From positions 10,930 to 74,929 of the forward strand of contig CACZCX010000001.1 of NCBI GenBank assembly GCA_902779875.1: a DNA stretch of 64,000 nucleotides, written 5' to 3'. The number at the start of each line of letters is the position of its first letter. Within the stretch, counting starts at the first letter, position 1. The notes below the pieces were generated by a model, which was not told where the DNA came from, made no database searches, and saw nothing but the letters and a program-made list of their open reading frames with translations. Below are positions 1 through 7,988 of this stretch, one piece after another. The translations under genes and the position numbers were made by a program. This stretch comes from an uncultured Bacteroidales bacterium (GTDB lineage: Bacteria > Bacteroidota > Bacteroidia > Bacteroidales > Bacteroidaceae).

Positions 1-950
1 ACTGGGCATCGGGATGGTGCTGGGATGACGCCCCGGCCAGTTTCCAGCCCTATATCTCACCCCTCATGGTACATCAGGGATACGTAGGCGTAGAGGTTCG
101 CCCCACCTCCAAGGGTGAGGCTCCCCAGGTCAATATCTATCCTGCCAACACCTACATAAAGGTGGTGAACAACGCCCGCACCCAGGACAACACGCTGGGT
201 CCGCTTACCATAACACGTGACTGGATGCATAATGACAACACTGTCGTGGTGTCGGGTAACTGCAAACGCCGTCAGTCCACAGACCTGAGTGTGGTGGGCT
301 CGGCCGATTTCACATTTGCCCTTTTCCGTCAGTATCTCGATGAGGCCGGAATCGAATATGGCAAATACGGCTATGGAACATGCCCAGTGGTTAGCAAGAC
401 GCTGTCGGAGGTGACACATAAGCTGCCTGAGATCCTCAAGGAGGCGCTCAAGGAGAGCAACAACCTCTATGCCGAGGCCATGTTCCTGCAGACTGGTCGT
501 ATTCAGTACCCCAAGGGAATCACTTTCAAGGATGCATCAAAATACCTCCAGAACTTTGTAGGACGCAAGTTCGGTATGGTATCGTCATCATTCAATGTAG
601 TTGACGGATGCGGACTCTCCATGTATGACCTCTGCTCCCCGCAGTTCATAGTCGATATGCTGGCTCTCATCTACAAGGATCCGGAACTCTATCCCATCAT
701 GTACAAGAGCCTTCCCATATCAGGTGTGGATGGAACTCTCAAGACCCGTCTCAGTGACAAGACCACTCTCAACAAGGTACATGCCAAGACAGGCTCCGTT
801 ACCGGTTCATGCACCCTGGCAGGTTACATCCATACAGCCGATGGCCGTGACCTGGCATTCTGCATAATGAATGAGGGTGCCGTCAAGATGGCACCCTCAA
901 GAAAAGTACAGGACCGCATCTGTACGGTCCTGTGTGAGCTGGGCTTATAA
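1..950 (+). CDS. dacB: D-alanyl-D-alanine carboxypeptidase/endopeptidase, PBP4 family (peptidase S13), 5'-truncated by window edge
   Basis: Frame is open from nt 3 (WASGWCWDD...) upstream of the listed ATG at 66. The SxN (KESNNLYAE) and KTG (HAKTGSVTG) penicillin-binding motifs are in the expected order. Confidence 0.8.
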   Translation, partial: WASGWCWDDAPASFQPYISPLMVHQGYVGVEVRPTSKGEAPQVNIYPANTYIKVVNNARTQDNTLGPLTITRDWMHNDNTVVVSGNCKRRQSTDLSVVGSADFTFALFRQYLDEAGIEYGKYGYGTCPVVSKTLSEVTHKLPEILKEALKESNNLYAEAMFLQTGRIQYPKGITFKDASKYLQNFVGRKFGMVSSSFNVVDGCGLSMYDLCSPQFIVDMLALIYKDPELYPIMYKSLPISGVDGTLKTRLSDKTTLNKVHAKTGSVTGSCTLAGYIHTADGRDLAFCIMNEGAVKMAPSRKVQDRICTVLCELGL

Positions 951-1553
951 CTGTTTGAATTCGTATCCCTCACCTTTGAGCCATTCTATTGCCCTTGGCA
1001 GAGCCCACTGAAGGTTCTTCTGGCTTCTCAGTGAGTCGTGGAATACTATTATCGAGCCGTTTCTCGTATACTTCTTTACAATGTCAAGCACTACCTCCGG
1101 TTTGAGCTTGCTGTTATAGTCACGGGTTATCACGTCATAGAACACTATGTCGTAGTTGCCCTCCATATAACGGTAGGTCCAACGGCGTAGCACGCCGTGA
1201 GGCGGACGGAACAGACGGGTAGTAAAGAATGTGTCACATTTCTTTACGTTGTCTATGTAGTCATGGTTCCTCATACGCATTCCGCGGACGTGATTGAAGG
1301 TATGGTTACCTATGTGGTGTCCACGCTCCACAATCATCTTGAACAGCTCCGGATACTTGCGTACGTTGTCACCCACAACAAAGAATGTGGCCTTGACCCC
1401 GTACTGGTCCAGAGTGTCCAGAAGCCATGGCGTAACCTCGGGAATGGGACCGTCATCGAAAGTGAGATATACCGCGTGCTCTTCCGGATTTTTCCGGAAG
1501 ATGCCCTTGGGATATATTTTGCTTAGTATTGAAGTCGGTTGTTCGAGTAGCAT
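945..1553 (-). CDS. Polysaccharide deacetylase family protein (NodB homology domain, CE4)
   Basis: NodB motifs TFDDGP and HTFNH are present. The ATG at 1553 lies 1 nt past the stop of the upstream gene, whereas the longest-ORF start at 1577 would overlap it by 23 nt. The 3' end overlaps the dacB stop convergently (TTATAA). Confidence 0.8.
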   Translation of the reverse strand: MLLEQPTSILSKIYPKGIFRKNPEEHAVYLTFDDGPIPEVTPWLLDTLDQYGVKATFFVVGDNVRKYPELFKMIVERGHHIGNHTFNHVRGMRMRNHDYIDNVKKCDTFFTTRLFRPPHGVLRRWTYRYMEGNYDIVFYDVITRDYNSKLKPEVVLDIVKKYTRNGSIIVFHDSLRSQKNLQWALPRAIEWLKGEGYEFKQL

Positions 1554-1554
1554 T

Positions 1555-4500
1555 TTATTTCTTAATGCGGAAATCAAAGTCCTGACGCATCATGCCCCAT
1601 TCATTGAAATAGTTGGTGAACGCAGCTTCATCGCCACACTCTCTGATTATAGGCAGCATAGCCTCCTGGATAACCTTGGAGTTGGACTCAAATACACTCT
1701 TTGAAGACCTGAGGTTCTTGTCATTCATGCTAAGATACCATCTCATCTGCTGCAGCAGGTTTTCGGTTGTATTGCATGTGATGGCGAGAGCCTTCTCCTT
1801 GTCTCCTATCTGAAGGTATGTAACGGCAGTCTGGTAAGCACCACCGTATTTCCAGTCAACCAGAGGATCAACCTCATTGCAGATACCGTCGCTTACCAGG
1901 TCGAGTATCTCACGGGCCTTGTCTTTCTGGCCGATGTTGATGAGAATCTGAGCGAGTTCGGCGAACAGGCGGCGGTGGGTGTCGATCATACGGCGGTAAG
2001 TCTCATCCACATATACATCCGGGTTATCCAGACCTCCGAACCTGAACTTCTTGCAGTTCTCGTACATCCTGTCGGGATCGATATATCCGAATGCGGAATT
2101 CTCCTCCTCGATGCCTACCTCAGTCCAGTTGAAGGGTGTGATTCTCTGTGCCAGACCTTCAAGTAACAGGTAATCCTGGAGGTCCAGGAACGCGTCGTCA
2201 GGAACGGTTGTCGATATGAACAGAGGTCTCTCCCAGTTGCAGTTGGCAATCAGGTCGAGCATGAGGATCTCATTCTTGACCAGATAGTTCTTGCCCTTGA
2301 GTGAAATGTACATGCGGTCGGGCATGTTGGCCTTTGTCTCCTCATCGGTCGCTCCTATGTAGCATGCAGGAATCTTCATGCCTGAACGCAGCACGGCATC
2401 CTTATCGATCTTGAACCAGATGGTGTCGGTAGGTATTACGTGTTTCTGCTTAATCCAGTAGTCAATAAGAGTCCTGAGCTCGTAGGTGGCAATGAGTTTC
2501 TCCCTGTCGTTTTTCTGGAGGAGCTGCCTACCCAGGTCGGGATCCACCTCCACGTAATCGTTGGTGCCGGTCTGATACTCGCTTCTCTCAAATGAGATGG
2601 GCAGGGCAGGTGAATCGTAAGCGGGACGTTTCATCTGGTCCACATACCAGTCTGTCATGAAGTAGCTCAGGTTGCAGCAGCGTGCATCGGTACGGAAGCC
2701 CTCGGTCTCAAAGTTGTACCAGAGGGGGAATGTATCGTTGTCACCGTTGGTGAATATGATCGGGTTGCCCTCTTCGGGAAGTGACATGAGGTAGTTCTGA
2801 CCAAAGTCACGGCAGGCGTAACGTCCGCTGCGGTCATGGTCATCCCATGTCTGGCTGACCATCTGGATGGGAACCAGAAGACAGAGAACCGTAGCTATTA
2901 CGGCCGATGCCTTCCTGCCGGCGATATCCTTCAGGTAATCAGCTATGGCAGCTACGCCCAGACCGATCCATATGGTAAACGCATAGAACGAACCTGCATA
3001 GGCGTAGTCACGCTCACGGGGCTGCTCAGGCGTCTGGTTCAGATATACCACGATAGCCAGACCGGTCATGATGAACAGTGAGAGGACTACAAAGAACTGC
3101 TGTGAGCCCTTCTTTCCCTTGCTCACCTGCCACAGGAGACCCAGGAGACCGAGAATCAGAGGGAGACAGTAGAATACGTTGTGTCCCTTGCCTTTGAAAG
3201 CGTCAGGCAGTAGTCTGGGGTCTCCGTCAGTGAGCAAACGGTCTATGAATCTGAATCCTGTTATCCAGTTTCCGCTTTCAGGCTCACCAAAGTGATTCTG
3301 TGAATCATTCTGTCGACCGGCAAAGTTCCACATGAAGTATCTCCAGTACATGAAGTTGACCTGGTAACGGATAAAGAACTTGAGGTTCTCACCCTGAGTA
3401 GGGATAGTCACCAGTTTCTTCTCGCCACGTATGGCGCTCTTGTATTTCTTACCCTTGATTCCTCCTACCCAGAGGTTGTAGTCGCTGATATGTCTTGAAT
3501 CGGCGCTGTACATACGGGGGAAGAACATGTTCTGGGCGTACAGAGCCTCCTGCTTTATGTCCTTTACGTAGTAGTGGTCCTTCTCACCCTCTTTGGTCTT
3601 CTCCTGACGTCCGTAGGAGTTACCCTTGTTCTTGTAGCGCAGTGAGAGTCTGTATCCGTCCTTGACAGGAATGTAATCATAGGCATACTCTGAACTGAAG
3701 GCCTGTCCGTAGAGCAGGGGACGTGAACCGTACTGCTCACGTGCCAGATACTCTCCGAGTGAGAACACATCCTCAGGTGAATCCTGGTCCATGGGCGGGT
3801 TGGCGGTTGAACGTATCACTATCAAAGCGTATGACGAATAACCGATGGTGATCATCATCACGCAGAGCATGATGGTGTTCAGAAGACTGGCCGACGGCTT
3901 AAAGTTATCGGGAACAACTTTGGTGAAGAGGTAAATTGCTCCTGCACCCAGTATGATGATACCCAGTACTACGCCACCTGCGGTGTGACCGTAGAAAGGT
4001 ATACCTGCAAATGCAATGGTAAGCAGGAATGAGAGGTACATCAGGGACTTGCGGTCGCCGCGCTGTGTCTCATAGACGCTCCAAAGCAGGATAGCCACAA
4101 GAAGAATGATGTAAACGATAAGACCGCTGTTGAAAGGCAGACCCAGTCCGTTCACGAACAGAAGCTCGAACCAGCCGCCTACCTTTACGATACCCGGAAC
4201 GATACCGTACAGAACGGCAGCGATGATCACGCCTGACAGTATTACGGCAAGTACGCCGCCCCAGAATGTGGGGTTGCTTATCTTCTTGAAATAGTAGACC
4301 AGTACTATAGCTGTGATACAGAGCAGGTTGAGCAGGTGTACACCTACCGATACGCCTATCAGATAGGCAATGAGTACCAGCCAGCGTGCGCTGTGAGGCT
4401 CATCGCAGTTCTCCTCCCACTTGAGTATAAGCCAGAATGTGACTGCGGTGCAGAATGATGAATAGGCATAAACCTCACCCTCTACGGCGCTGAACCAGAA

Positions 4501-4905
4501 TGTATCGGACCAGGTGTAGGCCAGCGCGCCCACTATACCTGAACCAAAGATGGTAATCATCTGCCAGAGATCGGGCTCCTTCTTGTCGGCTACCAGCTTC
4601 TTGGCAAGCATGGTAATGCTCCAGAACAGGAACAGGATGCAGAGTGCACTGAGCAGGGCGGACATGGTGTTGACCATCATGGCGACCTTTGAGGGGTCAC
4701 TTGTGAACTGTGAGAACAGGTTTGCGGTCAGCATGAATATAGGTGCCCCAGGGGGGTGTCCTATCTCCAGTTTGTATCCTGTGGTTATGAACTCCGGGCA
4801 ATCCCAGAAGCTGGCGGTCGGCTCGATAGTCATGCAATAGGTAACAGCTGCTATTGCAAACACCATCCAGCCGATGATTGTGTTCAGTCTTTTGTAATTC
4901 ATCAT
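1555..4905 (-). CDS. Large polytopic membrane protein, DUF2723-type (glycosyltransferase family 117-like)
   Basis: 1116 aa. The N-terminal half has many hydrophobic helices and the FWDCPEF...GHPPGAPIF motif, and the C-terminal half is soluble. A TACCTTTG box lies 27 nt upstream of the ATG. Confidence 0.7.
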   Translation of the reverse strand: MMNYKRLNTIIGWMVFAIAAVTYCMTIEPTASFWDCPEFITTGYKLEIGHPPGAPIFMLTANLFSQFTSDPSKVAMMVNTMSALLSALCILFLFWSITMLAKKLVADKKEPDLWQMITIFGSGIVGALAYTWSDTFWFSAVEGEVYAYSSFCTAVTFWLILKWEENCDEPHSARWLVLIAYLIGVSVGVHLLNLLCITAIVLVYYFKKISNPTFWGGVLAVILSGVIIAAVLYGIVPGIVKVGGWFELLFVNGLGLPFNSGLIVYIILLVAILLWSVYETQRGDRKSLMYLSFLLTIAFAGIPFYGHTAGGVVLGIIILGAGAIYLFTKVVPDNFKPSASLLNTIMLCVMMITIGYSSYALIVIRSTANPPMDQDSPEDVFSLGEYLAREQYGSRPLLYGQAFSSEYAYDYIPVKDGYRLSLRYKNKGNSYGRQEKTKEGEKDHYYVKDIKQEALYAQNMFFPRMYSADSRHISDYNLWVGGIKGKKYKSAIRGEKKLVTIPTQGENLKFFIRYQVNFMYWRYFMWNFAGRQNDSQNHFGEPESGNWITGFRFIDRLLTDGDPRLLPDAFKGKGHNVFYCLPLILGLLGLLWQVSKGKKGSQQFFVVLSLFIMTGLAIVVYLNQTPEQPRERDYAYAGSFYAFTIWIGLGVAAIADYLKDIAGRKASAVIATVLCLLVPIQMVSQTWDDHDRSGRYACRDFGQNYLMSLPEEGNPIIFTNGDNDTFPLWYNFETEGFRTDARCCNLSYFMTDWYVDQMKRPAYDSPALPISFERSEYQTGTNDYVEVDPDLGRQLLQKNDREKLIATYELRTLIDYWIKQKHVIPTDTIWFKIDKDAVLRSGMKIPACYIGATDEETKANMPDRMYISLKGKNYLVKNEILMLDLIANCNWERPLFISTTVPDDAFLDLQDYLLLEGLAQRITPFNWTEVGIEEENSAFGYIDPDRMYENCKKFRFGGLDNPDVYVDETYRRMIDTHRRLFAELAQILINIGQKDKAREILDLVSDGICNEVDPLVDWKYGGAYQTAVTYLQIGDKEKALAITCNTTENLLQQMRWYLSMNDKNLRSSKSVFESNSKVIQEAMLPIIRECGDEAAFTNYFNEWGMMRQDFDFRIKK

Positions 4906-4931
4906 TCCTTTAATTGGTCTATTGAAAGTCT

Positions 4932-4939
4932 CAAAGGTA
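4932..4939 (-). promoter_or_regulatory. Bacteroidetes -7 promoter box (TACCTTTG) for the DUF2723 gene
   Basis: Exact TAnnTTTG match on the minus strand 27 nt upstream of the ATG at 4905. Confidence 0.5.
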
Positions 4940-4995
4940 AAGTTTTAAAGGTTAAGGTCAATCAATTGACAGTTATTAATTGTTAGAGACAACTG

Positions 4996-6267
4996 TCAAA
5001 GGTCCTGTCCTATATCGCTGCGGAAATGCTTTTTCTCAAAATCTATGAGACCTGCCCCCTTGAATGAGAGAGCCAGTGCCTCGGCCTTGTCCTTGCCGTA
5101 TGAGCTGACGGCTATAACGCGTCCGCCTGCGGTCACTATGTTTCCGTTGGCATCGAAAGCGGTTCCTGCATGGAATACTATGCTATCCTTGACCTTGTCG
5201 ATTCCGCTTATCACGAATCCCTTGTCATAGTGCTGGGGATAACCGCCCGATACCAGCATTACGCATACTGCAGAGCGGGGATCCTGCTCCAGGGTCTTGG
5301 TGTCAAGGTTGCCCTCGGCCACGCCTTTAAAGAGCTCCACTATGTCACTTTTTAAGCGAAGCATGACCGTTTCGGTCTCGGGGTCGCCCATTCGTACGTT
5401 GTACTCAATCACTTTGGGTTCACCGTCCACATTGATCAAACCAAAGAAAATGAATCCTTTATACTCAAGGCCTTCCTCTGCGAGACCCTCAACGGTGGGT
5501 CTTACTATGCGGTCCTCGACCTTTTTCATCCACTCCTTGGTCGCAAATGGTACGGGTGATACTGATCCCATGCCGCCGGTGTTCAGGCCGGTGTCATGTT
5601 CACCTACACGCTTGTAGTCTTTTGCCTCGGGGAGAATCTTGTAGTGCTTGCCGTCGGTGAGAGCAAATACCGAGCACTCTATTCCGCTCATGAACTCCTC
5701 GATCACTACGCGTGACGAGGCGTTTCCGAACATACCGCCGAGCATCTCCTTGAGTTCCTTCTTGGCCTCGTCAAGGGTGGGCAGTATGAGTACGCCCTTA
5801 CCTGCGCACAGGCCGTCGGCCTTGAGTACGTAGGGAGCCTTGAGAGTCTCAAGGAACTTGAGTCCCTGCTCCAGGGTTTCGCCGGTGAATGTCTGATAGG
5901 CTGCGGTGGGAATGTTGTGGCGCTGCATGAAACGCTTGGCAAAATCCTTGCTGCCCTCCATCTGGGCGGCAGCCTTTGAAGGACCTATTACAGGGATGGC
6001 GGCAAGAGCGGCGTCATTCTTGAAGTAGTCATAGATACCGTTTACCAGAGGATCCTCAGGGCCTACTACGACCATATCGATCTTCTTGTCCAGTACGAAA
6101 GCCTTGATGGCGTCAAAGTCATTAGCCTTGATGGCTACGTTCTCACCTGCGTTTGCGGTACCGGCGTTTCCCGGTGCGATGTAGAGTTTCTCAGTCTGGG
6201 AACTCTGGGCTATCTTCCAGGCCAGAGCATGCTCACGGCCTCCGCTTCCAAGCAACAGAATCTTCAT
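4996..6267 (-). CDS. purD: Phosphoribosylamine--glycine ligase
   Basis: 423 aa ATP-grasp enzyme with [18 protein letters not shown] at the N-terminus, GPEDPL, and a C-terminal GGRV motif. Full-length collinear PurD pattern. Confidence 0.95.
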   Translation of the reverse strand: MKILLLGSGGREHALAWKIAQSSQTEKLYIAPGNAGTANAGENVAIKANDFDAIKAFVLDKKIDMVVVGPEDPLVNGIYDYFKNDAALAAIPVIGPSKAAAQMEGSKDFAKRFMQRHNIPTAAYQTFTGETLEQGLKFLETLKAPYVLKADGLCAGKGVLILPTLDEAKKELKEMLGGMFGNASSRVVIEEFMSGIECSVFALTDGKHYKILPEAKDYKRVGEHDTGLNTGGMGSVSPVPFATKEWMKKVEDRIVRPTVEGLAEEGLEYKGFIFFGLINVDGEPKVIEYNVRMGDPETETVMLRLKSDIVELFKGVAEGNLDTKTLEQDPRSAVCVMLVSGGYPQHYDKGFVISGIDKVKDSIVFHAGTAFDANGNIVTAGGRVIAVSSYGKDKAEALALSFKGAGLIDFEKKHFRSDIGQDL

Positions 6268-6270
6268 ATC

Positions 6271-7836
6271 TTATTGTTTTTTGTTTCCTGATTTAAAACC
6301 TCTTTTGGGTGCCGGGCGTCCACCCTCCTTGCGGAAGGGCTTCCCTTCGGATGATGACTTACGGAAGGGTTTTCCTTCGGATGATGACTTGCGGAACGGC
6401 TTTCCTTCGGATGATGACTTGCGGAACGGTTTTCCTTCGGATGAAGACTTACGGAACGGGCGGTCGCCTTCTCTGCGGAAACTGCGCTCACCATCCTTGC
6501 GGAAACCGTGCTCTCCTTCCTTACGGAAAGGTCTGGGCTTGGAGTCCTGAGGCCTGCGTGCAGGTCTCTTGGGCATCTCCGCTGACTCACCGTTCTCGCG
6601 TGCCTCCTGCTTCTCGGCCAGACGGGCCTTATGACGCAGGGTGCTGCTGCGGCGTGAGGGGAGGTCATCTTTCTTGAGGCGGCCTTCACCTCCGCGGAAA
6701 TCGTTGTATCGTCCGTCAAATATCTCATACTTGCGCAGCTCACATGGGAGAGCGCCGTTAAAGAGAGGAATCTTGGCAGAAGGTTTGAGCCCTATCTTGT
6801 CAAAGCACTCGTAGTGGTAGCTTATGATCCAGGCCTCACCGCCTATGAGGGCGTGCTTGAGTCGCTCACCTATCATCTCGTAGAGACCGAGCAGGTTGTC
6901 ATCGGTAAGACGCTCGCCGTAGGGCGGGTTGGTTACTATCACGGTTCGTTCCTTGACAGGCTCAAAGTCCTTGAAGTCACGCTGCTCGAACTGTATCACG
7001 TCAAGCAGGCCGGCAGCCTTGGCGTTGCGCTTGGCTGTCAGTATGGCCTTGGGGTCCTTGTCGTAACCCTTGATGCTGAACTCGAACTCACGCTCAGCAG
7101 AGTCATCGTTGTATATCTGCTCAAAGAGGTCGCGGTCAAAATCCTTCCATTTCTCAAAGGCGAAATGGCTGCGGAACAGGCCGGGTGCCATGTTCTTGGC
7201 TATGAGTGCAGCCTCGATGGGAATTGTTCCGGAGCCGCACATGGGATCCACGAAATCGGACTTGCCGTCCCAGCCGGACATGAGTATCATACCTGCTGCA
7301 AGTACTTCGTTCAGGGGAGCCTCCATGGCCTCCTGACGGTAACCGCGCTTGTGCAGTGACTCACCGGAGCTGTCGAGTGACAGCGAGCAGTCGTCATGTG
7401 AGATGTGGATGTGGAAAGTGAGGTCAGGGTTGGCCACACTTACGTTGGGGCGTTTGCCGTATTTGTCACGGAAATAGTCTGCAATTGCGTCTTTTACACG
7501 GTATGCCACGAACTTGGAGTGGCGGAAATCCTCACTGTAGACTACGGAGTCTACGGCAAAGCTGTCGGTTATGGACATGTACTTCTCCCAGTCAACCTTA
7601 CGGCAAATCTCATAGACCTCGTCGGCGCTGTCGGCCTTGAAGTGAAGGAAAGGTTTAAGGATGCGGATTGCAGAACGCAGATGAAAGTTGGCCTTGTACA
7701 GAAGGGCCTTGTCGCCCTTGAAGGATACCATGCGGTTACCAATGGCCACTCCATTGGCTCCCAACTCAATAAGTTCTTTTGCAAGAATCTCTTCCAGCCC
7801 CTGGAAGGTCTTGGCTATCATTTCAAATTCGGTCAT
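6271..7836 (-). CDS. THUMP-domain class I SAM-dependent RNA methyltransferase (RlmL/UPF0020-like) with a basic repeat C-terminal tail
   Basis: N-terminal THUMP-like region, then the SAM-binding motif DPMCGSGTIPIEA and the catalytic NPPYGERL. The last ~135 aa are Arg/Lys-rich FRK repeats. Confidence 0.85.
   Translation of the reverse strand: MTEFEMIAKTFQGLEEILAKELIELGANGVAIGNRMVSFKGDKALLYKANFHLRSAIRILKPFLHFKADSADEVYEICRKVDWEKYMSITDSFAVDSVVYSEDFRHSKFVAYRVKDAIADYFRDKYGKRPNVSVANPDLTFHIHISHDDCSLSLDSSGESLHKRGYRQEAMEAPLNEVLAAGMILMSGWDGKSDFVDPMCGSGTIPIEAALIAKNMAPGLFRSHFAFEKWKDFDRDLFEQIYNDDSAEREFEFSIKGYDKDPKAILTAKRNAKAAGLLDVIQFEQRDFKDFEPVKERTVIVTNPPYGERLTDDNLLGLYEMIGERLKHALIGGEAWIISYHYECFDKIGLKPSAKIPLFNGALPCELRKYEIFDGRYNDFRGGEGRLKKDDLPSRRSSTLRHKARLAEKQEARENGESAEMPKRPARRPQDSKPRPFRKEGEHGFRKDGERSFRREGDRPFRKSSSEGKPFRKSSSEGKPFRKSSSEGKPFRKSSSEGKPFRKEGGRPAPKRGFKSGNKKQ
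6331..6450. repeat. Four tandem 30-bp repeats inside the methyltransferase 3' end, each encoding KSSSEGKPFR
   Basis: Units at 6331-6360, 6361-6390, 6391-6420 and 6421-6450. Copies differ only at synonymous positions. Degenerate copies flank both sides. Confidence 0.95.
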
Positions 7837-7861
7837 CTATGGATGATGATTATACGGACTG

Positions 7862-7869
7862 CAAAGATA
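7862..7869 (-). promoter_or_regulatory. -7 promoter box (TATCTTTG) for the THUMP methyltransferase-purD unit
   Basis: Exact TAnnTTTG on the minus strand 26 nt upstream of the ATG at 7836. Confidence 0.5.
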
Positions 7870-7877
7870 GGGATTTT

Positions 7878-7988
7878 AATTGAGAATTGAGAGTTGAAAA
7901 TTGAGAATTGAGAATTGCCATGCGGTGCGTGTATTCACGCAGGTGCTTGGTATTAATTCTCAATTCTCAATTTTCAATTTTCAATTTT
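7878..7988. repeat. Inverted pair of GAGAATT/AATTCTC heptamer arrays forming a long hairpin
   Basis: 7894-7916 (ttgaaaattgagaattgagaatt) is the perfect reverse complement of 7955-7977. The 38-nt loop carries its own 6-bp hairpin (7926-7931/7936-7941). The right arm abuts the GH31 stop codon at 7987. Confidence 0.95.

Noticed and set aside
6264-6743. Alternative-frame and antisense ORFs (6264-6743 minus, 6281-6550 plus, 6309-6677 plus) over the methyltransferase tail
   Set aside because: They are by-products of the 30-bp tandem repeats keeping several frames open. The in-frame continuation of the THUMP methyltransferase, with synonymous-only variation between repeat copies, identifies the real frame.
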